Source: Eledone cirrhosa | Taxonomy: Eukaryota | Direction: 5' to 3' | Length of the DNA: 64,000 bases | Assembly (NCBI GenBank): GCA_964016885.1 | Contig: OZ024745.1 | Coordinates: 57,102,001 to 57,166,000, forward strand | In this document: positions 14,407 to 26,532 of the stretch, piece after piece | How the letters are laid out: each line of letters begins with the position of its first letter | How positions within the stretch are numbered: the stretch's first letter is position 1 | Translations under genes and position numbers: made by a program | Notes under the pieces: generated by a model | What the model saw: only the letters and a program-made list of their open reading frames with translations | The model's database searches: none | Told to the model about the DNA's origin: nothing

Positions 14407-14560
14407 TAAAATAACAGATTAAAGTTTAAGCAAAGAATCGCTGCTTTCACCCTTAACGGGATCTTCTGAAACTAACAAAGTCAATCTGTAAACGTAGAAC
14501 TGGATATTTCAAAAAACGTTGCAACCGGAGGAAGACAGGAAGACGATACTTTGGTTCGTG

Positions 14561-14824
14561 GAAACGTTCGCTGGCAAAGAACGGGAAAAAACGAATAATA
14601 CCTCATTAATAGGAGCGGTGAAAAACAATTACGCGCAAAGACAGAACCACGTTTAGGTATAAAAGAGGTCGTAGACTAATGTTCTCTTAGGTGGTGCATA
14701 GAGACGTTCTCTGGCAATGAACGAAAAAACGAAGATAATAAGTCATATGTGGAGCGTGGAGAACAATAGCACGCAAAGACAAAACCACGTAAATGGTATA
14801 GCAGAAGTCGTAGACTAAAATTCT
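14561..14824 (+). repeat. Diverged ~140 bp tandem duplication
   Basis: gaaacgttcgctggcaa...gtcgtagactaa at 14561-14680 recurs as gagacgttctctggcaa...gtcgtagactaa at 14701-14818. Confidence 0.75.
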
Positions 14825-15583
14825 AACTAGGAGACCAAATGAATCTCTGCTACAGAGTTAAAAACAAAGTAAATAAATACAATACAGAAGTAATAGAAAT
14901 AAATAAATACATACACGCAAACAAATACGTACATACACAAGCATACGCAAAACCTTACCATAGGTATACAACCACGCACATATAAATATGTGTGTGTGTG
15001 TATGCTTGTGTACAAATAAATAAATAATTATATAAACGTATATAAGTAAATAAATACGTATATAACAAGCGCACACACATATCTACATATAAATACACGA
15101 ATGTTCGGAGACGTAAGTCAAATAAAACAAGAAGTACACATATACACACACCCACCATACGTACGAACCTGCATACTCACGCAGACGCAAAACTCCCGTA
15201 TACACATAGCCAAACCCTAAGTACCAGAATATATAAAAATTATACGCCATAACAATCAAATATACGTACGAGAAGGTATACAACCTTCACAAAACATACA
15301 GGTAATATATACTTACCTATGCAAATAAGTAAAGGAATAAACAAAACATATACTTAGCTCCCACATCAGGACGTAAAATATCCACGTATAGATCGTACTA
15401 TCCGTTAGGGTATAACGAGGGGCTGTAATACAGGAAAGTTTTGTGCAATTTATGTTTACAAGCCGAAATTGCCTCAGATTTTTTAATTTTTTATTTAAGA
15501 TGTGGTCTGTGGCGTAGAGTATTTCCAGGGCCTCAGCGGCGCAGAGGTCACACGGTCTTTTATTTCCGTTATACGATCTAGCC

Positions 15584-15584
<1 letters not shown>

Positions 15585-15647
<63 letters not shown>

Positions 15648-15668
15648 GAGAGAGAGAAGAGAGACAGA
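15585..15668. repeat. (GA)n microsatellite
   Basis: Direct reading. Confidence 0.95.
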
Positions 15669-15738
15669 CTGCGAGAAGGCCAAGTCCAGTGAAATCATAT
15701 ATAAATTTCACATAGTCATATATATTTGGAGTAATTAA

Positions 15739-15920
15739 TTGGCAGTATCGGTAGAGGGTCAGACACCATGCTTTCCAACATAGTTACGTCCCTTTACGAT
15801 CTGTGTTCAAATCCTGCCGAGGTTGACATTGCCTTTCATCCTTACGGGGTCGACGAAATAAAGTACCAGTAAGGCACTGGGTAATTGCTGGCCTTGTGCC
15901 TAATGTAGAAACAATTATTA
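15739..15920 (+). mobile_element. tRNA-derived SINE (octopus OR-type), short subfamily
   Basis: A-box-like tggcagtatcggta, B-box gttcaaatcc, body gcctttcatccttacggggtcga, tail agaaacaattatt; about 9 copies in the window. Confidence 0.85.
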
Positions 15921-16680
15921 GTAACACCATATCTAATATGCAAGTATTTGGTTATTTCTAGATCTAATATTTTTTTAGTAATAAGATACAAACACGGATA
16001 AGCCATGGGTTTTAAATACAAAGATTTTCTAACAAAATAGATACTTCCTTATGTTATAGGGTATGTACATTTATCTTAAAAAATACATAGTTTGTCTGAA
16101 AACATACAAACAACTTATAGAATATACGTTGGGAATTCCAGATTTTTAAGGCAAATATGGCAGAAATGATTTTAACATTGAAGAATATAGATAATCCTGA
16201 CTACTATACTTAAAAAAAGATCTGCTAAATGCTAGATATATGTGTGTCTGTGTGGGAGATGATTCACTTGGTTACGTGACGCCTTCTTTTTCTGATTATT
16301 TCATCGGCTGGCGCGTAGGTGGAGACATATATATTCAAATATAAACATAACCATGAAAATAATATTTTGGCACAAACAGAAATCTTTCTAATTTGGCAGC
16401 CATTATTTATCACATGTACTCTTGCGTCTTGGCAAGAAACGATATCCAGTGGTATATATAAATATATATATATATACATATGTCCCAACGCTCTGATACC
16501 ATCAACACTATACACATATACATATAAACTGTTATGTGGTGACTGCTTTCTTGTATGTGTGCCGCTAATTAAAAAACATATTGACATTTAATCAATAACT
16601 TTTTAGTATAAACATCTGATACAAGTATTTGTATTACATGTATTCATAAGTAACTTTATAAATCCTCCCATTGATTTATG

Positions 16681-16726
<46 letters not shown>

Positions 16727-16927
16727 TATGTACACGTACATACATATATGTATGTAGACGTACAGTAGTATGTATATATATATACATACATGCACACATA
16801 TAAATATGTACGTATGGATTCACCGAACATTTATTATAATGCTCGGTGTGTTTGTAAACAAACATACCGTATTAAGCCGTAGTGTCTAGCAACCATCGTT
16901 GCTCGTTTGTTCAACACTGACAAAGGA

Positions 16928-16970
16928 ACGCTGTACTAGTTTCAAGCTTATTAGCTATCGTCAGCAACGT
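16928..16970 (-). ncRNA. Minimal type I hammerhead ribozyme, family L
   Basis: Minus strand reads acgttg-CTGACGA-t-agct-aata-agct-t-GAAA-ctag-TA-cagcgt. 6-bp stem I, palindromic CUAG loop, GUA site. Confidence 0.8.
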
Positions 16971-17187
16971 ATACCTTCCTGCCAGATTGTTGAACATATA
17001 TACTTACCTTATGCATATTAACGTCTGAGTAGCCCAATTTGCATATCGAGTGAGTTAATCGGCCGGGTGCACCGAAAACGATAAACGGAAAAAATGAAAC
17101 GAAATTTCATTTCCCACTCTTAGTACGGCTGTTACTTAAATATAAGTATGTACACGTACATACATATATGTATACAGAGTACAGTAG

Positions 17188-17223
<36 letters not shown>

Positions 17224-17570
17224 CATGCACACATATATATATATATATTTCTTGTAATTTTTAGTGGGATGTTCATAGGCAGTAGTTAAATGATACATAG
17301 AGAAAAAAATAAAAAGCAAAAAGCAAAGACAATTCAGAGGCCATAATACTAATTTATTTTCGCATTAATGGATATGCAGTATGTAACAAAATAGTTATTC
17401 TTATTAATAGGTGGGTTCCTAGTTCCAATACGAATGAAGATCAGAAGTAGAGGATATAATATTAGTTGACAATATAAGGCGTTCAGAGTTACGAAGATTT
17501 TAAGCGTGCATTGATTTTTCTCACCGTGCCATCATAATAGTATAGTGGATTTCTCTATTATAATCACACA

Positions 17571-17632
<62 letters not shown>

Positions 17633-17811
17633 AATATATATGTACTCTGACGTGTTGACCAGAGGTAAATAATGTATTGGAGATCGAATGACGGATCCTC
17701 AATCGATTAGCGAACTCTAGACTCACCTGATCAACGAAACAATTGTCAGTACTTTAAATACTTTAAATAAAGCCCTTATTGTACAGCAAACCATGTTACT
17801 CTTCATTATTT

Positions 17812-18000
17812 AAGGTGAATTGTCAGTATCGGTAGAGGGTTGGACGCCATGCTTTCTAGCATAGTTACGTCCCTTTACAGTCTGAGTTCAAATCCCGCCG
17901 AAGTTAACTTTGCCTTTCATCCTTACGGTGTCGATAAAATAAAGTACCAGTAATGTACTGGGTAATTGCTGGCCTTGTGCCTAAAGTAGAACCAATTATT
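17812..18000 (+). mobile_element. tRNA-derived SINE, short subfamily
   Basis: Homologous to 15739-15920. Confidence 0.85.
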
Positions 18001-18407
18001 TAACTATATATATATATATATATACAGAGAGAGAGAGAGAGAGACAGAGAGAGATCCGTATCACAAATGAAACAGCTTAAAACGTGCACTTATGTTTTTA
18101 ACCAATATAGATAAAAGAGTTGAAGTTTCATGAATTACAACCATATTCTTTGAAATATTTAATGAAAGTAAATACAAATCAACCTGATTGAGTTGAACAA
18201 TAAATCGTTGGCCACGCTTCACCTATCCGCTTTGAAATATAAAATCCGAAAACAAGAGTGTAGTTAGGAAAGAAAAGGTCAAAACAGAATTGAAAAATGT
18301 AACTTAATGTGAGATGTATATACACTATTGTGTTTGTGTATTTATATATAGACTTACGAAAATCCACACAGTCACACAACTCACGCAGTCATACATATAC
18401 ACATACA

Positions 18408-18480
<73 letters not shown>

Positions 18481-18499
18481 TTGTGTGTGTGTTTGTGTG

Positions 18500-18540
<41 letters not shown>

Positions 18541-18543
<3 letters not shown>

Positions 18544-18640
18544 GGAAAAAGTATGACCCCGACGGCAGAGCTCAAGCCGTTTCGACTGCTATTTCTGGAC
18601 GCGTTATGGTCCATCTGGTTCCTTACCACAATTCCTTTGT
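18541..18640. mobile_element. Family B remnant: inverted HHR 3' half fused to a sense 3' tail
   Basis: gaccccgacggcagagctcaagccgtttcgac (minus) is joined to gcgttatggtccatctggttccttacc (plus); flanked by (TA)n. Confidence 0.65.
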
Positions 18641-20444
18641 TATATATATATATTTATATAGATATATATATAGTAGAGTTAAGATTTCCTACACTTAAGA
18701 TGTATGAGTGACATGAGGCGTTCGGGGTCCAGGTAGATAAATCTTACATAGTCTTACAGGGATCATACTTCCTAATTGATCATCCATCTATGCACACCCT
18801 AGCTCAATTTCTTATGTGCGCAGGAGAATCCACGTTCTAAATAAGGTAGCATCTAATACAATACGGTACATTCCATAGTTGATATAGGTATATAGATATC
18901 TTTTCTTAATTATCCACGAAACATCTGTCACAAGTATATTCACTTTATATAGGTTCAGTTCTTGAATCGGATTTTATTGATTGTGTGTCATTCTGTGAAT
19001 CTATATTATTTTGTCCTTTATTAGAGCAACAAAAATATGATAGGAAAAGAACAAATCATACTTAATATTTTTGCATTGATTCATATGTGACCATTGGGAT
19101 TACACACTTTTGTGTGATTTTATGTTTGTACTGACCTAATGGAAAGCGAATGAAAATAACCGGTGTGATTGTTTTATAATACTGAATAATACCCTGATTT
19201 TCATATTTAGATTATTATTATTGGCCCGCTATGTTTGTAAATTAGTTAGCTCCTAATTTCTGTGACGGTGCGTTCTTCTTTCATAGGATTAATTAGAATT
19301 TTGACGATTAAGTGACATAACACAGCATAAATCAATATATATGCTTCCAGTGAGGCGATATATTTATGAAATACTTTGGAATCTAATTAGGAGGTAATTA
19401 TGTATTAATGCTTATCACTGTTTTGCTACAGAACGTATTTCAAGAGGCATTATTATATGGCAAACATTGTTACACATCTCTTATCAAGACATTGGAATTG
19501 TGAATCATATACACTTATGTATATATGGATGGTTGCGTTTAATTAACAGTAATAATATCTGATGTTAATTTATTGATGAGTCGAAACCAAACACCTGCCA
19601 TTCACTCTTGTCTGGAATGCACACGTTTCATATTCTAATTATAGCGCTGAAACCTACTGTAGTTTGAAAGACCATATCCTAACTAATTAGTCTTTCATAT
19701 TTAATCTGATGTATCCTGACAACTCGTATGGAATCAATAATATTTATTATAGCAATAATTTTTAGGGTGAACATCGTAAAAATGTTTTAGGACAACGGTA
19801 AAGAAAAATAACTAGTCCATGAGAGGCCTTTGCATTAACGAAGCTCCTAATGTCGAGATACAAATATGCCACAGGAAAATACAAACATATAACGTCTCAA
19901 ATTAGAATGAAATCTATTAAATCGACATCAGTACTTGACTGTTACGTGGAACTTGGAGAGATGACCAGCATATTCGACTTAGGCGGACGAATGTAAAAAG
20001 CTCTAAATATATCTAATCAGAAGCTTAGCAAAGAGAGATGCTTATGAATTTAAGTGATTGGTGCAGTCGTTAGTCCAGTAAATCATGCCAACATCTTGAA
20101 TACTTCGCATTTTATTTATATTAGAAGGAAAATCAATAGAGATAGGCGATGTATTTTGGGGCAGCGAATCTCTACTACACTTTTACAGCACTTTCATGAT
20201 GGATATACTTTTATTTTAAATATTAGTTCAGGGCAATGTCGGGACACCGCCTAACTTCAAGTTGATTGTATATTTTTCCGATCTTTAGGCAACCTTACGT
20301 TTGTGAGTTCAACCGGATTTGAACTTAAATCAAATACGGAGGAATCTAAATAGAGATAAATATATTTCATCAGAGGCCAGGTGCCATCATACGCGCGGGC
20401 GCGCACACACACTCACTCACACGCGTACACACACACACACACAC

Positions 20445-20510
<66 letters not shown>

Positions 20511-20512
<2 letters not shown>

Positions 20513-20694
20513 CGAAGGAAATGTGGTAAGCAACCAGGTGGACCATAACGCACCAAAGTACTCAATACTTGGGGTAGTAGAGTGGGTAATAGGAACCAGT
20601 AAGACCCCGACGGCTGAGCTCAAGCCGTTTCGACGGCTAATTCTGGACTAGCCGTCGAAACGGCTTGAGCTCAGCAGTCGGGGTCTTACTGGTT

Positions 20695-20699
<5 letters not shown>
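20511..20699. mobile_element. Family B fold-back element (HHR 3' half in both orientations plus tail)
   Basis: ataggaaccagtaagaccccgacggctgagctcaagccgtttcgacggcta is followed by its reverse complement; (TA)n on both sides. Confidence 0.75.
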
Positions 20700-20749
<50 letters not shown>

Positions 20750-20914
20750 AATTAGTATATCTACCAACATATATATACAGATGCATACCTATGCTAGCAA
20801 ATATATAGGTTTTGTCTTAGTAACTTTGTGGTTCAATGCAAGGGGATGCAGAACAATTAAATGAAAGACGTAAAATAAGAAAATCATAAAAATTAATTTA
20901 CTTACTAAAATGTC

Positions 20915-20998
20915 ACTCCAACTAATTAGTTTCTGAAAGGGAATAAACATGGTTTCCGAATGAAACACATGGAGAAGGCCTTTCGTCATCAGGGATGT
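20915..20998 (-). ncRNA. Family C hammerhead (inverted copy)
   Basis: Minus strand reads acatcc-CTGATGA-cgaaagg...cctttca-GAAA-ctaattag-TT-ggagt. Confidence 0.65.
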
Positions 20999-21675
20999 CT
21001 ATTCTCAGCTAAGTTCCCAGGCAATGCGTGGACACAGGGAACTTATACAAAAATAATTCAGTGGATGGAAAAAAGCAAGCGTGGACTACGTTTCAAGACA
21101 TTGAAAAAATCACTGCCTACTTGGTCGGTGGCAAATTCAAAAGAATCAATCACGTGACATCGAGGTTAATCAGTGAGGAGTGGGGAAACATGGTTTCCGA
21201 ATGGAACAACATGGAGAAGGCCTTTCGTCATCATTTTAGTAAGAAGTTAATTTTTATAATTTTCTTATTTTACGTCTTTCATATAATTGTTCTGCATCCC
21301 CTTGCATCGAACCACAAAGTTACTAAGAAAAAACCTATATATTTGCTAGTATAGGTATGCATCTGTATATATATGTTGGTAGATATACTAATTCTTTATA
21401 ATTATCTCCAAATTATTTTGTTGAGCAAAAATTTACCAAAACTGCTACTATAGTTCATAGTAATAGTTCGGCTACTGTCTTCTTAACACCCCACTCCTCA
21501 CTGATTAACCTCTATGTCACGTGATTGATTCTTTTGAATTTGCCACCGACCAAGTAGGCAGTGATTTTTTCAATGTCTTGGAACTTAGTCCACGCTTGCT
21601 TTTTTCCATCCACTGAATTATTTTTGTATAAGTTCCCTGTGTCCACGCATTGCCTGGGAACTTAGCTGAGGATAG

Positions 21676-21759
21676 ACTTCACTGATGACGAAAGGCCTTC
21701 TCCATGTGTTCCATTCGGAAACCATGTTTATTCCCTTTCAGAAACTAATTAGTTGGAGT
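21676..21759 (+). ncRNA. Family C hammerhead
   Basis: acttca-CTGATGA-cgaaagg...cctttca-GAAA-ctaattag-TT-ggagt; stem I register is offset by one base. Confidence 0.65.
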
Positions 21760-22207
21760 GAAATTTTAGTAAGTAAGTTAATTTTTATGATTTTCTTATT
21801 TTACGTCTTTCATATAATTGTTCTGCATTCCCTTGCATCGAACCACAAAGTTACTAAGACAAAACCTATATATTCGCTAGCATAGGTATGCATCTGTATA
21901 TATATGTTGGTAGATATACTAATTCTTTATAATTATCTCCAAATTATTTTGTTGAGCAAAAATTTGCCAAAACTGCTACTATGGTTCATAGTAATAGTTC
22001 GGCTACTGTCTTCTTAACACTCCACTCCTCACTGATTAACCTCGATGTCACGTGATTGATTCTTTTGAAGTTGCTACCGACCAAGGAGGCAGTGATTTTT
22101 TCAATGTCTCGGAACTTTATCGACGCTTGCTTTTTTTCCATCCACTGAATTATTTGTGTATAAGTTCCCTGTGTCCACGCAATGCCTGGGAACTTAGCTG
22201 AGAATAG

Positions 22208-22291
22208 ACTCCTCTGATGACGAAAGGCCTTCTCCATGTGTTCCATTTGGAAACCATGTTTATTCCCTTTCAGAAACTAATTAGTTGGAGT
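22208..22291 (+). ncRNA. Family C hammerhead
   Basis: actcct-CTGATGA-cgaaagg...cctttca-GAAA-ctaattag-TT-ggagt; stem I register is offset by one base. Confidence 0.65.
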
Positions 22292-22339
22292 GAAATTTTA
22301 GTAAGTAAGTTAATTTTTATGATTTTCTTATTTTACGTC

Positions 22340-22452
<113 letters not shown>

Positions 22453-22525
22453 AGTATACATCAGCTAACTGAGCCGATGTTGAAAGACGATAAATACAAG
22501 TGGTGTGTATATAAAAAACCATTAA

Positions 22526-23555
22526 TCACGATACCTTAATATGGAATGTTACGCGATGGGGCCTCCCTACAGCCCCGGCGGACAGGACGGAGAAGTCGTT
22601 TCCATGGAGGACGGCAAGGGAAACGCGCTGGAAAAGCCACTCCAACTCGCGGGGTTTACACCTGCGGCTGGCCAGCTCAGTGCCTATGGTAGTGAGTAGG
22701 GAGGTAGGCCTGTGGCCGAAGACACCAGAAGTCTCCACTGCCAATTGTACAACCGCAAACCTGTCGGAGAGCGACCGGTATTTGTGGAGCTTGGTCTCCT
22801 CAACCCGACGTGCAGCAGAACCTGGCTTAGTCGCAGACTACACCAAGTTGCGGCTGCAGAAAATATCGGTGCAAGTGGCATCCCAGCGAGGGGTTTGCCA
22901 CCGCGTAACGGGAAGATGGTCATGCCATCTGGCCTTTTGCCGTCCCCTCGGTCCAGCCCACCGGCTCGAGCTGGGAAGGGAAGCCCTCAGCGTCCAAGCC
23001 ATGCTTTATGATCTCGTTAAGGGCAGCATGGCATGGAATGCGGCTGGCACTGTGGCGACAAGAAAGCGGGTGGAGGCCGAAAGAGTCCACGGTGGATCCG
23101 CAGCGACATTGGTGTGGCTCGCAGATCCGGAGGTCGAGCCTCAAGGAAACACCGATGCGAAGGCTATTGTTGTCTAGCTGCGTGTCAGTGGAGAAGGAGG
23201 GCAGAGCATGGAGCTAGGCACTACTGTGGGGTTTGGAGGCCACACGAAAGCAGACAAGGCGGTGCTGGCGAGCTGCCGCGTGAGCCTGTCAGAGGCCAGG
23301 ATGCACTGGATGGCATCCCAGGTGTTTTGGGGGACTTGACGTCAACAGGGGGAAAAGGAGGAGGGATGTCTACTGGGCTAAGTCCCAGCCGGTCCCACGT
23401 CTTACAGGCGGCCTCACGTTCTCTGAACACAGAGGGTTCTATTGTGTTTTGAAGAACCCTACTGATGAGGACGCGGCACGAGGTTACCGACGAAAGATAC
23501 GCCAGCAAAACTAGCGAGATCGGGGACCGGAGGCCAAGGCCGCCATACGTGATAC
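22526..23555 (-). mobile_element. CRE-clade non-LTR retrotransposon, C-terminal fragment (CCHC plus restriction-like endonuclease), frameshifted
   Basis: ORF pieces GGLGLRSP, CRCGSTVDSFGLHPLSC...HAALNEII...LEP, and AVETSGVFG...WLFQRVSLAVLHGN resemble animal CRE-like elements; GC-rich island. Confidence 0.75.
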
Positions 23556-24118
23556 GTAAATGAAACAGTTCTAGTCCTGTAAAACCCATTTCTATATTAA
23601 ATGTGATATATAAACCCTTACTGATGTCGGTCGATGGTGATAACCATTACGTTAAAATATAGCTGATCACCACTTATTTCTATCAATGCATTAAGGTAGT
23701 TACTAGATGTATCAAACCGTATGTTATGAAAGTTATTGGAAAGATTTTAAATTGGAAATGTCTGTGTCCCAAGGCGAATGACCATAATAAGTGCCGCCTA
23801 TTATAATATTATATTATCTGAGAAAATTGAGTAATGCTTCCAAAGTCAAGCAGTTTGTAGTTCTTTCTAGATACAAGCTTATGAAATCCTTCAATGATTA
23901 ACGTACACGACTGGAATACGAGAGGCGCTGTGTTTGAGTCCTCGCAGTGCTTGTTTAACCGTGTCGCTGTAATTCGATTACCTCAAATATTCACAGAGGA
24001 AACTGTCAACAAACAGGCGAACTCCCATATCAACAGGACCCTAGTTTGGCCTTTATAAAGAAAATATCAATCACTCCTATTGTATTAAATATTAAATGAA
24101 ACGACCCTATATATGTAT

Positions 24119-24157
24119 AGAGAGAGAGAGAGAGAGAGAGGAAGAGGGGGAGAGTGT

Positions 24158-24220
<63 letters not shown>
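24119..24220. repeat. (GA)n microsatellite
   Basis: Direct reading. Confidence 0.95.
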
Positions 24221-24224
<4 letters not shown>

Positions 24225-24480
24225 GAAAAGAGTCAGGACACCGACGGCTGAGTTCCGGCCGTTTAGACAGCTAGATCCGAACTAAGCCACCAGTATTAGA
24301 ACAGCAGTAAGATAGATTCCCGCCGTTCTAATACTGGCTTAGTTCGGATCTGTCGAAACGGCCGGAACTCAGCCATCGGGGTCCTCACTCTTTTCCTATT
24401 TCACACTCTACTACCCTAAGTATTGAGTACTCTGGTGCGTTATGGCCCACCTAGTATCTTACCATACCCTCTTTGTTGTG
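24221..24480. mobile_element. Family B-related fold-back element with 3' tail
   Basis: 24221-24303 is inverted relative to 24325-24400; carries GAAA-cggc...gcc-ATC-ggggt and the tail gtattgagtactctggtgcgttatgg. Confidence 0.7.
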
Positions 24481-24545
24481 TATATATATATATATATGTA
24501 TATATATAATATATAAGATCAAAAGATGGTTAAAAGAGTTCCATG

Positions 24546-24616
24546 TATTTTATTATGCGCATTTCAAAAACAAATATCATCATGCAATAACATTTGTGTT
24601 TTCATCAGATAAAATA
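24546..24616 (-). ncRNA. Type I hammerhead ribozyme, family E (inverted copy)
   Basis: Reverse complement of 24746-24816. Confidence 0.8.
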
Positions 24617-24745
24617 GGAAGACATGATATGAAGGTTAAAAAAAACACTTGTGGATAGTGCAGTTTTAAATCAACATATATGATATGTTAATTTAAAACT
24701 GCACTATCCACAAGTGTTTTTTTTAACCTTCATATCATGTCTTCC

Positions 24746-24816
24746 TATTTTATCTGATGAAAACACAAATGTTATTGCATGATGATATTTGTTTTTGAAA
24801 TGCGCATAATAAAATA
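24746..24816 (+). ncRNA. Type I hammerhead ribozyme, family E
   Basis: tattttat-CTGATGA-aaaca...tgttttt-GAAA-tgcgca-TA-ataaaata. 8-bp stem I, palindromic stem III. Confidence 0.8.
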
Positions 24817-24941
24817 CATGGAACTCTTTTAACCATCTTTTGATCTTATATATTATGTATACTCCAGTCCTACAAACTATAGAGTGCTTCTTATCCGATA
24901 TCTGCATTGCTTTATTGTACTACAATAAAACTCACCTACAT

Positions 24942-24991
<50 letters not shown>

Positions 24992-24994
24992 AGT

Positions 24995-25940
24995 GCGTGA
25001 TAGATATAGATAGGGGGAAAATGTAGTATTTATTGATATAGAGGGAATGTTGTATATTGGATATAGAGAGGGGGGGATATGAGACAGTTTTGTGAGATAG
25101 TCATAGAGAGGGGGACATATTGGAGTTGATGGATATCGAGAGGGAAAAAGAGAGTGTGCCGTGTGGTAAATATAGAGAAGGGGAGAGTTCGGAGGTAATG
25201 AATATAGTGTGAAGGATAATGAGAGAGTTTTGTATGAGAGATATGTATATAGAGAGAGTGTTGGGTGGTAGATATACAGAGGCGTATAGAGAGTAGGAAT
25301 GTGTGATGGGTGATGGTGACTTATATATAGAGGGAGATTGGGAGACATAGATATAGAGTGGAGAGTTTGGAGTGATGTATTGTGAGAGGTATAAGGAGAG
25401 ATATGTATAAATAAATATACAGAGGGCGAGAGTTTGGTGTTAATTGATATAGAGGGGCGTGGGGTGGAAGAGAGTTCGGTGTAGTAGATATAGAGAGGGC
25501 GAGAGTTTGGTGTTAATTAATATAGAGAAGGGGATTGGGAGAAAGATCCCTGTAGTTGATATAGAGAGCGTGATTGGGAGCGACTGTTGTACGGTTGATG
25601 TAGTGATGGGGATAGTTCGGTGGTAATGAATAGAGTGAATGGAGATTGATAGTGATATAGAGGGAGAGTTTCGTAGTGATGGATAGAGTGAGTGGGAATG
25701 AGAGAGAGTATTGAAAGGTTGATAAGAGAGGGATTAGATTCGTGGTAATTTATATGTAGAGGAGATTTGGGAGAAAGTTCGAGTAGTAGATATAGAGAGG
25801 GTGAAATTTCAATGCTTGAAGATATTGTGAATTATTTGGAAGGGATAAATGTTGCTAAATATAGGGAGGGGATTGATAGAGATAGTGGCGTAAAAGATAT
25901 AGAGGCAGAGTTTGCTGGTAATGGATAGAGAGAGAACGAT
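24995..25940 (+). repeat. Purine-skewed degenerate minisatellite
   Basis: Recurrent gatatagagaggg...gagagttYgg units roughly every 30-40 bp. Confidence 0.6.
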
Positions 25941-26312
25941 TCTGGTCTTTGGAAAGTGGTGAACGTTCGTAAATATGGGATTTCTTGTAATGATCTTATT
26001 TTGTCATATATAATGATTTTTATTGTAAAATAAAATCATTTTTAGATTCTCCAGCTGCTACATCAATATGAATCACTTACAATAATATTTCACCGGTGAT
26101 AGATTAGCAAAATTTAATGAGCAGCGCGGGAATGTCTAGAATATAAATGGAGTTGGGAGGGTTGTAAAAATCTGAAAAGTGAATAAGCCTGGGGTGGGGA
26201 CGATGTTCAAGACCTGAGATTAGGTGAAGTATTGACGGACGTAAGAATGAAATCTCAATACCGAAGTAGAGTTTAAATATTCACTTATAGCAAAGTGGTA
26301 AGCGTTGTTACT

Positions 26313-26532
26313 CTGGAGTTTCACCAGTATCGGTAGAGGGTCGGACGCCATACTTTGCAGCATAGAGTTACGGCCCTTTATGATTTGAGTCCAAATCTCG
26401 CTGAGGTTAACTTTTCCTTTCATCCTTACAGGGTCGATAAAATAAAGGACCAGTCACGCACTGGGGTCCATTTAATCGACTTTCCCGTCCCCCAAAATTG
26501 CTGGCCTTGTGTCTATATAAGAAACAATTATT
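26313..26532 (+). mobile_element. tRNA-derived SINE, long subfamily
   Basis: Same family as 15739, with the extra segment ggggtccatttaatcgactttcccgtcccccaaa. Confidence 0.85.

Larger units (their letters stand above)
24503..24945. mobile_element. Family E fold-back element: ~175-bp near-perfect palindrome plus 3' tail
   Basis: Arms 24503-24679 and 24683-24857; homologous to 50620-50885. Confidence 0.85.

Noticed and set aside
14430-14475. HHR-like motif on the minus strand
   Set aside because: The core reads CAGAAGA, with no UH site and no stem I, so it is not called as a ribozyme
15739-15820. tRNA genes at SINE heads
   Set aside because: A and B boxes are present but there is no cloverleaf, and each continues into a SINE body and tail
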